DNA of 62,610 bases, filler included, from Candidatus Woesearchaeota archaeon (GCA_018221205.1; 7 parts of 7 records of this genome joined end to end with filler, not necessarily neighbours in it), one strand, 5' to 3'. Counted from the first letter of the whole stretch, positions 18,174 through 28,040 are shown. Notes: generated by a model from the sequence alone, not told the origin. Program-made: numbers and translations.

Positions 18174-18677
18174 TTAGTCCTCCTTCCAGAGCATCTTCTC
18201 TATTTTCGCTTCTTTCATTTCTGTAGGATAGATCGTGCTGATCAGCTCATCAGGCCTGAACCAGAGCTTTATCTCCCGTTCGCCTTCTTTGGGATTCTCT
18301 GATGCATGGACAACATTCTCAAAGATCCCTTTTGAGGTTATCCTTCCATATTTTCCCCTCACTGAATGAGGTTCGGCCTCTTCTGGGTTGGTCGCGCCTG
18401 CACATTTTCTGATCTTTGCGCATGCACCATCTCCTTCATAGACCAATGCTAAAACAGATTTCATATGGTAATGGCCCATGATATACTTGATGAGCTCATC
18501 GAAAAATTTTTCTTCTCTCAGATGTTGATAATGTTCCTCAGCAAGCTCCTTGGTCACTTGAACAACCTTTGAACCTACGATATGCAGATTAGTCTCTGCT
18601 AATTTCGCGAGGATATCACCAGTCAGATGCTTGATAATTGCATCTGGTTTGATGAGAACGAGACATTGCTCTGTCAT
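18174..18677 (-). CDS. ndk: Nucleoside diphosphate kinase
   Basis: LVLIKPDA, EEHY, GATNP, NVVHAS catalytic His. Confidence 0.96.
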   Translation of the reverse strand: MTEQCLVLIKPDAIIKHLTGDILAKLAETNLHIVGSKVVQVTKELAEEHYQHLREEKFFDELIKYIMGHYHMKSVLALVYEGDGACAKIRKCAGATNPEEAEPHSVRGKYGRITSKGIFENVVHASENPKEGEREIKLWFRPDELISTIYPTEMKEAKIEKMLWKED

Positions 18678-18844
18678 TTTTGATACCTCTTAGACCATTT
18701 GGTCGTGATGGGCTTTCTTTTCAGCTTGATAAAATTCTTCTCGCATTTCTTGTTCTTGAAAAAAAGAACCTTTCCTTCTTTTGTTATATAGGTTATGCCT
18801 GTTCCTGGCTCGATCTCTTCTCCTGAAAATGTACATTTTGCCAT
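18674..18844 (-). CDS. rpl24e: 50S ribosomal protein eL24
   Basis: MAKCTFSGEEIEPGTG...KCEKNF...KW; start corrected to ATG 18844. Confidence 0.95.
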   Translation of the reverse strand: MAKCTFSGEEIEPGTGITYITKEGKVLFFKNKKCEKNFIKLKRKPITTKWSKRYQK

Positions 18845-18845
18845 T

Positions 18846-19136
18846 TTAACCCTTCCTGCCCCGGCCAGCACTATGCAATGGTTTTGCTTCAATCTCTGTC
18901 TCACGAAGCATCAACACATCTCCGATCTGTATCGGTCCTTTGACATTTCTTCTGAGTACCTTATTCTGGTCTCGGCCATCCAAGACTTTGCATCTCACTT
19001 GCAAGGCATCTCCTCTTGTGCCGGTCCTTCCGATGATCTCCTGGACTGTAGCCGGAAATGCTTTGGTGAAATGGATGCCTTTCTTGTCATCCTTTTTCTC
19101 TGGCTTTCCTTTTTTTGGTGGTTCTGCCATCTTCAT
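18846..19136 (-). CDS. rps28e: 30S ribosomal protein eS28 with a Lys-rich N-terminal extension
   Basis: IIGRTGTRG, RRNVKGPI, LRETEIEA. Confidence 0.95.
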   Translation of the reverse strand: MKMAEPPKKGKPEKKDDKKGIHFTKAFPATVQEIIGRTGTRGDALQVRCKVLDGRDQNKVLRRNVKGPIQIGDVLMLRETEIEAKPLHSAGRGRKG

Positions 19137-19435
19137 TCCTTCTTATCCATGAGCTTCTTGGCTTCTCCTTCTTCGATAACCGCCACTGCAGCTGTTCCGA
19201 CCTCTATGCCGGAAGCAGCCCCTAATTCCTCTTTTGTCTCCACTTCATGACAAGGTATGCCTTTCTCCTTGCAGAGCAAGGGGATATGCATGATCACTTC
19301 TTTAGGATCAGTGTCCTTAGCAAAGGCAACAAACTTAGCTTTGCCCTTCTCAATAGCTTTGGTTACCTCATTCGAACCTTTCTTAATCTTACCTGTCGCT
19401 TTTGCAACTTCGATTATTTCTAGTACATCTACCAT
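19133..19435 (-). CDS. rpl7ae: 50S ribosomal protein L7Ae (eL8)
   Basis: GKIKKGSNEVTKAIE, HIPLLCKEK, ELGAASG. Confidence 0.96.
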   Translation of the reverse strand: MVDVLEIIEVAKATGKIKKGSNEVTKAIEKGKAKFVAFAKDTDPKEVIMHIPLLCKEKGIPCHEVETKEELGAASGIEVGTAAVAVIEEGEAKKLMDKKE

Positions 19436-19468
19436 TTTCTCCTCCTTGTAAAATCATCAGAATGATCT

Positions 19469-19510
19469 TACCTCAATCCTCCCTGCCTTGGGAATCATTT
19501 GTCATAGGCA
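19469..19510 (-). promoter_or_regulatory. Tandem double kink-turn in the rpl7ae 5' UTR (putative autoregulatory leader)
   Basis: Minus strand TGCC-TAT-GA-C-A-AAT-GA-T-TCCC-(AAGGCA)-GGGA-G-GA-T-T-GA-GGTA, between TATA (19531-19540) and SD GGAGG. Confidence 0.75.
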
Positions 19511-19701
19511 GTTTTCAGAGAATCTAGGCCCTATATAAAGATATCGGAAGCAATGGGCTGTAAAGTTTAAATAGTTTCAGTATTATAAGAGTTTTTGAGT
19601 TCCCAATAAATTCGACCGAAGGGAGTGTAACTGTCCGAAGGACTAATGGTCTGAGTTCTATTATGATAAATATTAAATAGTGATATAATTAGTATAAGAA
19701 T

Positions 19702-20343
19702 ATGGTATTAAAAAAGAGGAGTATATTGTCTCTTTGTATTCTAATAAGTCTGATTCTTCTTATATCTGGTTGTATTAAGCATCAAGATAATACAACAAGC
19801 TTTGGAATAACTCTGCCAGTTAACAGTGAAGATATTGTTTTTGAGTACGAAGGAATCTGGCCTTTTGGTATCCAAGGTGGGGATCATCCCCATGGTCATC
19901 CAGGTATTGATTTTCAGGCAAGAGAGGGATCACCAATATTTGCTGTTGATGATGGTATTATCGATAATATGGATAAGATGGTAGGAGAATACAAAGAGCA
20001 GTCAATTACTTTGAAGCCTGATAATTATAAAGAGCATATTATACATTACACTGGATCAATGAATGACATTCAGGTTAAAGAAGGTGATAGAGTAAAAAGA
20101 GGAGACATCATTGCATATTACAGAATCTGGATAGAATTTCAGGATAGCAAAGAGAGGGTTGGGCATATTCATTTTGAGTTTCATGAAAAGACTAATAGTC
20201 AGGGTGGAGCACTATGTGGATATGATTTCATGACAGAAGAAGCTAAACTGGAATTAGACGAGTTATTTATTAAAGCAACTTATGATAACAAAGAACAATA
20301 TCCGTTAATATGTAACTCGTGCCCAGAAGGAGGATGCTATTAA
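19702..20343 (+). CDS. M23-family metallopeptidase lipoprotein
   Basis: Lipobox ISGC; HPGIDF (HxxxD), VKEGDRVKRGD, GHIHFE (HxH). Confidence 0.88.
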   Translation: MVLKKRSILSLCILISLILLISGCIKHQDNTTSFGITLPVNSEDIVFEYEGIWPFGIQGGDHPHGHPGIDFQAREGSPIFAVDDGIIDNMDKMVGEYKEQSITLKPDNYKEHIIHYTGSMNDIQVKEGDRVKRGDIIAYYRIWIEFQDSKERVGHIHFEFHEKTNSQGGALCGYDFMTEEAKLELDELFIKATYDNKEQYPLICNSCPEGGCY

Positions 20344-22403
20344 TGAAAAAATATATTTTATTCATCATCCTAACTCTGATATTATTAAGTGGATGCAGGC
20401 AAGAGCGCACCAGTGAAGATAGGAATAAATGTTCACCAGGTTATGTATGGGATGAAGTAGATTGTTGTTTTGATGAGGATAATGATGGAAAATGTGATCT
20501 GAATCCTCATGAAAAAATAGAAAAAGCAAATCAAGAAGAAGAAAAGTACAATATTAATGATGAGAGAGAATATAATTTTCTACATGAAGCAAGTGAGATA
20601 GTAGAACGTAAAGGAAAAAGTGTCAGAGGAGAAGGTTATGCAGAACTTTTAGATGTGGAGGATGGTGTTGCTGTTTGGCTTTCTGTTGGAAAAGTTTTTC
20701 AGGTTTTAGACATAAGCAACTCAACAAATATTGTTGTCCATAGAAATATGGATGTAGATGGATCTGCTGAAGTTGTTACTAGCGATGATAAATATGTATA
20801 TTATTCAGATTCAAAAAAGATTTCTGTTTATTCTAAAGATGATCCTTATGGGGAAATAATTGGAACTTATGAAGATGAGTTTAGAGCCACTATAATTACA
20901 GTGGAAGAGGATTATGCTTATATTTCTGGTGGAAGCAATTTAGTAGTATTAGATATATCTAATCCAAAGAAGATTAAAAGAATTTCAGAGTCGGAAATTC
21001 AAGGATCAGGTCCATCAAAGATTTTTTACAAAGATGGTTATTTGTTTTTTGCAGTAACTCTTGGGGGATTGAATGTGATAAATGTAAAAGATCCTTATAA
21101 TCCCAAGGAAGAATATTTTCATCCTTTCGAAACTCATGAAATGGGTTTTGAAATGAGTGGAGATTATCTTTATTTAGCAAGGATGAATACAATGAAAAGT
21201 TCGAAAACCAGTGATATAGGATATGAATCAACTTCAAAATTTGAAGTATTTGATATTTCAAATCCTGTTTCTCTTAAAATAATTGGGTCTTTAGTTATTC
21301 CGACAAAGATTAATAGTATGGCAATTAAAGGAAATTATGTGTATGTTGCTGGAGATGTGCCTAATTTTATCAGTGTGATTGATATTAGTAATCCTTCTTC
21401 CCCTAAGATTGCCAATACTATCACATCGATAGAAGGGGCTAGGATGGCTATGGATATGTATATTTATGGAGATTATGCTTATTTTATGAATTCAGGTGAT
21501 GGTTTTCAGATATTTAGTTTAAAAGATCCAATAAATCCCAGTCATGTAAAAGATTATGATGCAAAAAAGAATTATATTAGTTTGCATGGATCGGGAGATA
21601 AGATGTATATGGCAGTTGAAGAAAGATATTTTAATGTTGCAGATGTAAAAGATCCAGAAAATCCAGTTCTTGCTTATACTGAATTAATTCAGGGAGGAGC
21701 TTTTCGTTATACAACTATTGAGCTTCATGAAGGCAAAAGTTTTTCAAATGCTAATGGATTGGTAGTACATGATGTAAAAGACCCCTATAAACCAAAAAAA
21801 TTAAACATAGGTAATATTGATGTTGATGGAATCCATTTGAAAGATAATTATTTGTATACAGTAATTGGTGAATGGGGTCTTGACATATATGATATGACTG
21901 ACTTAAATGATTTTAAACATATCTCAAGAACAGAGTTTATGCAGGGGATGTGCAGTAATTTTATTTTAGACGATCACTGGGTGGTATGTAAAACAAATAT
22001 TCCTTATTCCATAAATGTAATAGATGTTACAGATCCAAAAAAACCTATTGCTACAGATACTTATGAGTATAAGCAAAATGTTAGATCATTGACATTAAAG
22101 GACAATATCTTATATGTCTCAATGAGCGATAATTTTCTTGATATTTTTAGAATAAAAGATAATGGGAAGTTAGAGTTGATTTCTACTTTTAAAGTTAAAG
22201 CAGGACATGTTCAGATAAAAGATGATAAAGCATATGTATTAAGTACCATAAATATTTTAGATGTTAGTGATTTATCAAATCCTGTCACAATAGGTGAAGT
22301 TTATAGTAATAATGTTGCGGAACAAGGTAAAATTTACAAAGAGTATTTGTATGTTGCAGATGGAAATGCTGGATTGACAGTAATTCCTCTTGATAATGAA
22401 TAA
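20343..22403 (+). CDS. LVIVD-repeat (beta-propeller-like) lipoprotein
   Basis: Lipobox LSGC; repeated Y-x-Y-V...L-x-(V/I)-x-D-(I/V)-S-(N/D)-P-x-x-P units. Confidence 0.85.
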   Translation: MKKYILFIILTLILLSGCRQERTSEDRNKCSPGYVWDEVDCCFDEDNDGKCDLNPHEKIEKANQEEEKYNINDEREYNFLHEASEIVERKGKSVRGEGYAELLDVEDGVAVWLSVGKVFQVLDISNSTNIVVHRNMDVDGSAEVVTSDDKYVYYSDSKKISVYSKDDPYGEIIGTYEDEFRATIITVEEDYAYISGGSNLVVLDISNPKKIKRISESEIQGSGPSKIFYKDGYLFFAVTLGGLNVINVKDPYNPKEEYFHPFETHEMGFEMSGDYLYLARMNTMKSSKTSDIGYESTSKFEVFDISNPVSLKIIGSLVIPTKINSMAIKGNYVYVAGDVPNFISVIDISNPSSPKIANTITSIEGARMAMDMYIYGDYAYFMNSGDGFQIFSLKDPINPSHVKDYDAKKNYISLHGSGDKMYMAVEERYFNVADVKDPENPVLAYTELIQGGAFRYTTIELHEGKSFSNANGLVVHDVKDPYKPKKLNIGNIDVDGIHLKDNYLYTVIGEWGLDIYDMTDLNDFKHISRTEFMQGMCSNFILDDHWVVCKTNIPYSINVIDVTDPKKPIATDTYEYKQNVRSLTLKDNILYVSMSDNFLDIFRIKDNGKLELISTFKVKAGHVQIKDDKAYVLSTINILDVSDLSNPVTIGEVYSNNVAEQGKIYKEYLYVADGNAGLTVIPLDNE

Positions 22404-22638
22404 CTATTGGACTTCTTTCTAGCAGAGAAAATCTATATGTCCTAACGCCCAGGAACTCCTATTTTAAAAAAAGGAACTCAAATTTTATTGAACTTAACAA
22501 CTATTTAGCGAAGTCATTGCGCTTTTACAAGATATTCAGTACATAGGCGCAATGGATATTGGGGACGGCGACCTTCTTAGGCAATTTTTCAGCTTTCGAA
22601 GCAATAGATTTAAATATATTTTATTTCAAGATTAGTGT

Positions 22639-23241
22639 ATGTTCAATCTTACTGCGACTGCATCTCAGATATCTTTTGAGGAAGGCATCACTACCCTCAT
22701 TCCGCTGGGCCTCACTATCTTGGGGATAGCGGTCTATGGAGTCTTTATCTTCAAGTTCTATCGTTTCCTGGCCCGGAAGGATATCTTCAACCTGAATCTG
22801 GCCAAATACAACCAGGCTGTCCACCCTGTCCTGGAGAAATTCTTTGCCTTAATCCTCTATTTTGTCGAATATATCATTATCTTTCCACTCTTCATCATCT
22901 TCTGGTTCTTGGTACTGTCAACCTTAGTCGGATTACTGTCCAAGAGGGGATTCCAGGATGTTTTCCTGATATCGATGGCCATTGTCTCTGCTACGAGGAT
23001 TGCTGCATTCTACAATGAAGAATTATCAAAAGACCTGGCAAAGATGATCCCCTTTGCGCTGCTGGCTGTCCTTATCATAGATATCACCTTTATCACCTTC
23101 GAGAGCATAAAGGTTGTCCTCAACAATATCCTCATCAGCTGGAAGACCATCTTCTATTATCTTGTCCTGGCCATGGGCCTGGAATTATTCTTAAGGATGA
23201 TCGATCCAGTCATCAGCTTGTTCTTTGCACCGAAGGAGTAA
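22639..23241 (+). CDS. Hypothetical integral membrane protein
   Basis: 200 aa with ~5 hydrophobic helices; TTTAAATA box upstream. Confidence 0.8.
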   Translation: MFNLTATASQISFEEGITTLIPLGLTILGIAVYGVFIFKFYRFLARKDIFNLNLAKYNQAVHPVLEKFFALILYFVEYIIIFPLFIIFWFLVLSTLVGLLSKRGFQDVFLISMAIVSATRIAAFYNEELSKDLAKMIPFALLAVLIIDITFITFESIKVVLNNILISWKTIFYYLVLAMGLELFLRMIDPVISLFFAPKE

Positions 23242-23312
23242 TCGAAACATTTATATATGATTGTTGCATATTTGTATCTAAATAGGACAATTTTTGTTAC
23301 AAATTCGTAAAA

Positions 23313-23468
23313 ATGACAAAACGAGTAAGCATCTCCTTGGACCCTGAACAGATTAAATTACTTCATTCTGTCAAGGGATTCGGGAATAAGGAAGCGGAGA
23401 TTGTGAAGAATATTTTGATTTCATACCTATCAGAGAAAGGCTACCTAGAGGATCTCAATAAACAATGA
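23313..23468 (+). CDS. Small CopG/ribbon-helix-helix-like regulator (51 aa), not in ORF track
   Basis: MTKRVSISLDPEQIKLL...EAEIVKNILISYLSEKG; ATGA overlap with the antiporter. Confidence 0.75.
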   Translation: MTKRVSISLDPEQIKLLHSVKGFGNKEAEIVKNILISYLSEKGYLEDLNKQ

Positions 23469-25189
23469 TCGACAACATCTTTTTCGATATAGGCATCATC
23501 ATGGTAGTGGGCACTGCTTTCGCCTATCTTGCCAGATTGCTCAAGCAGCCTATCATCACCGGCTATGTCCTGGCAGGACTGATCCTTGGCCCTTTCCTTC
23601 AGATAATAACCAACCAGAGCATCATTGTCACGTTGTCTGAGATGGGCATCGCGTTCCTGCTGTTCATCGTCGGATTAGAGATTGATCTGCGGAAACTGAA
23701 AGAAGTGGGGATGGTGAGCACTATAGGCGGCCTGACAAAGTCTCTGATACTCTTCTCTTTGGGTTATGTCGTCGTTATCTTTGCCGGCTTCAGAGATATG
23801 TCAGCAATCTATCTGGGGTTGATCTTAGCATTCTCCTCAACTATGGTCGTCATCAAGGTACTCTCTGATAAACGAGAACTTGATACCTTGCATGCGCGCA
23901 TCATCATCGGTTTCCTCATCATCGAGGACATCCTGGCGATCTTTGCCATGATCGTCCTTGCGAATCTGGATGGATTCTCCTTTACTTTACTTTTTGAAGC
24001 AATATGGAAGACTGCATTCCTCTTTGTCATCGCCAGAGGCGCAAACAAATATATCTTTCCAGGACTGTTTAAATTTGCGGCCAAGAGCTCAGAGCTGCTC
24101 TTCCTGACAGCAGTAGCAGTAACGTTCACGTTCTCGTTGCTCTTCTCGGAATTGGGCTTTTCGATATCGATCGGAGCTTTTGTCGCAGGCATCAGCCTCG
24201 CTAACCTGCCTTATGTGTATGAGATTGTAGGAAAGGTGAAATCGATGAGAGATTTTTTCTCGACCATATTCTTCGTCTCATTGGGCATGTCTATTGTGAG
24301 CATCTCTAAAAGCCATATCATCATCACAGTCATATTGCTGCTCATCATCTGGCTGCTCAAACCGCTTATCGTGATGTTCATCACTGCCTTTTTCGGATAC
24401 AACAAAAGGCCTGCATTTTTGACAGCTATCTCGTTGGCGCAGATAAGCGAGTTCTCGTTGATCATCGTGACACAAGGACTGGTCTTAGGGCATATCAGCC
24501 AGGAGGTGTTCTCGATAGCTGCGATCATCGCTGTGGTGACGATGAGCTCAACCAGCTATTTCATCAAATATGAGTACAGCATCTATTCGTTCTTCAAGGA
24601 CTTCTTAAGAAAGTTCGACGGCTTCACGAACGGCATCAAGCATCTTGAGTATCAGGACAAGAAACTGGCCTATGATGTCCTCTTGGTGGGATATGATCGT
24701 ATCGGCTATTCTATCGTGAAAAAGCTCCACATCCTGAAAAAGCATCTCATTGTCGTCGATTATAATCCAGAGATCATCAAGAAACTGATCGGGAAAAACA
24801 TCCATTGCCTCTATGGTGACATCAGCGATGAAGAGATATTGGAAAGGATAGACCTCAAAGGATTGTCGATGGCTGTTTCCACTTCTCCGGACAAGAGAGA
24901 CAACAAGCTGCTCATCAAGAAAGTGAAGGCAGTGAACAAAAAAGCAATGTTGTTCGTCACGGCGTCACAAGTTGAAGACGCACTTGAGCTATATGATGCA
25001 GGTGCTGATTATGTCATTGTCCCCCACCTGCTTGGCGGAGACCATGTATCCCTACTGATCGAGCAGTTCGGGAATGATATAGACAAACTTATCGCGCATA
25101 AATTAGGCCATATTGAAGAACTTAGAGACAGACAGAGCCTGGGTCATGATCGTCCTACACACCAAAATGAAAGACATATCCATCATTAA
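23465..25189 (+). CDS. CPA2 cation:proton antiporter (Kef-type) with C-terminal TrkA-N/RCK domain
   Basis: FLLFIVGLE, SSTMVV, LIIED, FFVSLG, SEFS; VGYDRIG...YGD RCK domain. Confidence 0.92.
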   Translation: MIDNIFFDIGIIMVVGTAFAYLARLLKQPIITGYVLAGLILGPFLQIITNQSIIVTLSEMGIAFLLFIVGLEIDLRKLKEVGMVSTIGGLTKSLILFSLGYVVVIFAGFRDMSAIYLGLILAFSSTMVVIKVLSDKRELDTLHARIIIGFLIIEDILAIFAMIVLANLDGFSFTLLFEAIWKTAFLFVIARGANKYIFPGLFKFAAKSSELLFLTAVAVTFTFSLLFSELGFSISIGAFVAGISLANLPYVYEIVGKVKSMRDFFSTIFFVSLGMSIVSISKSHIIITVILLLIIWLLKPLIVMFITAFFGYNKRPAFLTAISLAQISEFSLIIVTQGLVLGHISQEVFSIAAIIAVVTMSSTSYFIKYEYSIYSFFKDFLRKFDGFTNGIKHLEYQDKKLAYDVLLVGYDRIGYSIVKKLHILKKHLIVVDYNPEIIKKLIGKNIHCLYGDISDEEILERIDLKGLSMAVSTSPDKRDNKLLIKKVKAVNKKAMLFVTASQVEDALELYDAGADYVIVPHLLGGDHVSLLIEQFGNDIDKLIAHKLGHIEELRDRQSLGHDRPTHQNERHIHH

Positions 25190-25208
25190 AGCAAAGGGAT
25201 TGCCGACA

Positions 25209-25308
25209 NNNNNNNNNNNNNNNNNNNNNNNNNNNNNNNNNNNNNNNNNNNNTTAATTAATTAANNNNNNNNNNNNNNNNNNNNNNNNNNNNNNNNNNNN
25301 NNNNNNNN
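25209..25308. other. Artificial contig linker
   Basis: N run with central TTAATTAATTAA. Confidence 0.98.
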
Positions 25309-25455
25309 AGCCATCTCGCTCTCAGCAAACTCTTTTCCGATAGGCTCTGATGGAGGCCTTAAGATCACAAATCTGACAACAAAAAGGAAAACAAGGCTTA
25401 GGAGGACGACTACTATCGCCAGCCCCATCAGTTCCATCTGGCTCTTCTTGTTCAT
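25309..25455 (-). CDS. Class III signal-peptide (pilin-like) protein, 3'-truncated
   Basis: MNKKSQ-MELMGLAIVVVLL; cut by contig end. Confidence 0.75.
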
Positions 25456-25946
25456 TTATAGACCTCGACGACCATCACACCGAAATAATAGTTCTGTGTA
25501 AAAGGATCAAAGAGTGAGATAGGGAAATAAGAAGGCAGCTTGCTGTCCCAATCATCTGGCTGGACATTGTAGATCTCCCATTCATCAGGCCAGTTTCCGG
25601 TTCTAGGGTAGATATAGTATATAGTTATCCTGCTGAAAGCAAAAAGATCGAAATAATCAGCAGCATTATTGGACATGACTGTTGTGGCTGCTTCTACCTT
25701 CAAGAGATCAACGCAATTGCTCTTGACAATATTGTCCTGAGAACATTGCAGTTCAGGCAAAGAGGATGCGATCTGAGCCACTTGGATCTTTGAAAGTTCC
25801 TCATACTGGTCCAGTTTCTCCGCAAGGCTGGATTTAGCAATCCTTGTGTAAAAAACCAATCCCAAAATCACGATGATAAAGAAGATGAACAGGACTACTA
25901 TAGTCTCCATCATCTGGATCTGGCCCTTCTTTCGGATTCGCATCAA
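25452..25946 (-). CDS. Class III signal-peptide (pilin-like) protein
   Basis: RKKGQIQMMET followed by a hydrophobic helix. Confidence 0.8.
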   Translation of the reverse strand: MMRIRKKGQIQMMETIVVLFIFFIIVILGLVFYTRIAKSSLAEKLDQYEELSKIQVAQIASSLPELQCSQDNIVKSNCVDLLKVEAATTVMSNNAADYFDLFAFSRITIYYIYPRTGNWPDEWEIYNVQPDDWDSKLPSYFPISLFDPFTQNYYFGVMVVEVYK

Positions 25947-26953
25947 TACACCAACACACAGCTTGCTTTCTGTGCATCTCTGTTCGAAAAGATAAATTGT
26001 TCGTAATTATCAATAAGTTCAAAATAGGGGTCTGCCGGATCGATGAGCAGATCAAAAAATCCGCTCACGCCTGCGAAAGCCTGTTCGCATCTGCTGTCTC
26101 CCTCGTCAACATAATTATTATACATCTGGTTCGCCCTGTCTGAATAGATCTCCGCCACTGAATCTAATCTATCGAATGCCTTCTTCATCACACAGTCATA
26201 TTCTTCGTTGTCTTCTGAAAAGATCGCTCCCAAAAGAGATGCATCGCTGAAATAATCTGCCGATCCGATAGATCTGAACTCCTGCGGTGTGCTTGGGTGT
26301 GTCTTCCGTAGGAACTCCACATCGCCGCTCAGCAGATCCCCTTGGACAACCAGGCCGGTTGCATCAATGACATCCATCTTCCTGAATTCATCTAAAAAGC
26401 CCTCATCAATATTGGTATTGACAAAGATCGCCCGTACTTTGAAATTGTTTTGATTGATAATGGTGGAAGGATTGAAATCAGCAGTCAATTCAGCAGGAAA
26501 ATTGCTCCGCAAGAACGCATAGACTTCATCTCCTTCATCACCGAAGAACAGATAGCGTATTCTTGGAGAGCTGACGTACAGGAAATTAGTCACCCTGAAC
26601 GGAACATCCCATCCTTTTGTCCATGTGATGATGTCTTCTTTCTCCAGTCTCGAAGGGGCAAAGACGATCTTATTCCTGATGTTCCTGCTGCTTTTTCCGA
26701 TAGTATAGTCATTGCAGGTGAACTCCACGCTCTTGAAAGGTATTTCGACAAGATTGACGGTCTCTTTCGTGACCGATGCTCCTGTGAAAATCGAGTCAAG
26801 ATAGGTAACAAGTGTGGTAGATGTCTCTTGCTCAGCGCTACTCTGGGCCCATCTCACCAAAGAAAAGAAGAACAGAAAGATCAAAGCTCCCGCGACAAGA
26901 ACCAGGATCCAATTGAACTGTATCTCAATTTCCGCTTTCCGAGATTTTGACAT
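25943..26953 (-). CDS. Class III signal-peptide (pilin-like) protein
   Basis: RKAEIEIQFNWILVLVAG followed by a hydrophobic helix. Confidence 0.8.
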   Translation of the reverse strand: MSKSRKAEIEIQFNWILVLVAGALIFLFFFSLVRWAQSSAEQETSTTLVTYLDSIFTGASVTKETVNLVEIPFKSVEFTCNDYTIGKSSRNIRNKIVFAPSRLEKEDIITWTKGWDVPFRVTNFLYVSSPRIRYLFFGDEGDEVYAFLRSNFPAELTADFNPSTIINQNNFKVRAIFVNTNIDEGFLDEFRKMDVIDATGLVVQGDLLSGDVEFLRKTHPSTPQEFRSIGSADYFSDASLLGAIFSEDNEEYDCVMKKAFDRLDSVAEIYSDRANQMYNNYVDEGDSRCEQAFAGVSGFFDLLIDPADPYFELIDNYEQFIFSNRDAQKASCVLVY

Positions 26954-27425
26954 AGGTACCTTTTCCCTCTATCTCCAATTTGATTTTTCCTCTCACAACG
27001 TCATAGCATTCAAAGACTCCTGAAGAAAGAGATATCTTGCCGATGTCATAGCTTTCTACCACTTCGTTTTTCGCCCCCACCAAAAAGACATTCTTCGTCG
27101 GTTCTGCATTATCTTCGATAGTATCATAGATCAGAGGATAGCCGGTGAACTCAATCTCTCCATAGAAAACACCATCATACGTGACAAAGCACACTTCATG
27201 ATAATCTGTAGTGAGATGAAACTCAACATTCTTGACCGTTCCGTATTGGTTGGTGATGGAATCTATAGCCCTCTCCATATCCTTCTGGAAGTTAAGAAGG
27301 GTGATTGAATCTGTCCTGTTCTGAAAATCCCTGATCGCTTGGTAGCCGAAGATGAGCAGCACCCCGACGATAACCACAGCGACAATATAGACAAATATCT
27401 GGCCGGCGATTTGCGCCTTATTCAT
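26925..27425 (-). CDS. Class III signal-peptide (pilin-like) protein
   Basis: MNKAQIAGQIFVYIVAVV followed by a hydrophobic helix. Confidence 0.8.
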   Translation of the reverse strand: MNKAQIAGQIFVYIVAVVIVGVLLIFGYQAIRDFQNRTDSITLLNFQKDMERAIDSITNQYGTVKNVEFHLTTDYHEVCFVTYDGVFYGEIEFTGYPLIYDTIEDNAEPTKNVFLVGAKNEVVESYDIGKISLSSGVFECYDVVRGKIKLEIEGKGTYVKISESGN

Positions 27426-27437
27426 GAGAGAACACCT

Positions 27438-28040
27438 CTATTTTTTTCTCTTTTTTTTGACTGTTTTTTTAGTGGTCCTTTTTTTGGTTGTTTTTTTGAT
27501 CGCTTTTTTCTTCGCAGCCTTTTTCTTGGCAGGCTTCTTTATCTTTATCCTTTCTACTTTCTTCTCAATTTCCTGGAACTTCCTATCGAGATTATCCGAA
27601 TGCTCAGCTAATCCTCTTTTGATGTCAGAGGTAGCGACCTTTGAGATTTTCGAGATTGCATCGGCCGCTGTCGGCTTCTTCGTTTTCCGTACAGGCAGCT
27701 TTCGTATTTGAGGCTTCTTATCCTTGTCGATGATCGTAGAGAGCTTCTTGAACACATCCTCGTCTGGTTTTATCGCTCCCTTCTTTATCGCGCCCTGCTT
27801 TGCCGCCATATCTTTCTTTGGTTCTGTCTTCGGCTCTTCTTTCTTGACAGGCTGCGTTATAGGCTTGATTTGCGGTTTATCTGCCTTCGTCCCGAAAGCA
27901 TCGAATGCGGTGCTTCTCTTGAACTGTCTCTTCTGTCTTCTTTTCGCTACAGCACCGGGCCTTCTCATCGCTATAGGTTTGAGAGGCTTTCGCATCATCT
28001 GCCCCTGCATCGGCAATGGCCTTCTTGGGGGTTTTTTCTG
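27438..28040 (-). CDS. 5'-truncated protein with Lys/Pro-rich low-complexity, H1-like basic tail
   Basis: Frame open to the contig end; C-terminal KKPAKKKAAKKK...KKKRKK. Confidence 0.7.
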   Translation of the reverse strand, partial: QKKPPRRPLPMQGQMMRKPLKPIAMRRPGAVAKRRQKRQFKRSTAFDAFGTKADKPQIKPITQPVKKEEPKTEPKKDMAAKQGAIKKGAIKPDEDVFKKLSTIIDKDKKPQIRKLPVRKTKKPTAADAISKISKVATSDIKRGLAEHSDNLDRKFQEIEKKVERIKIKKPAKKKAAKKKAIKKTTKKRTTKKTVKKKRKK

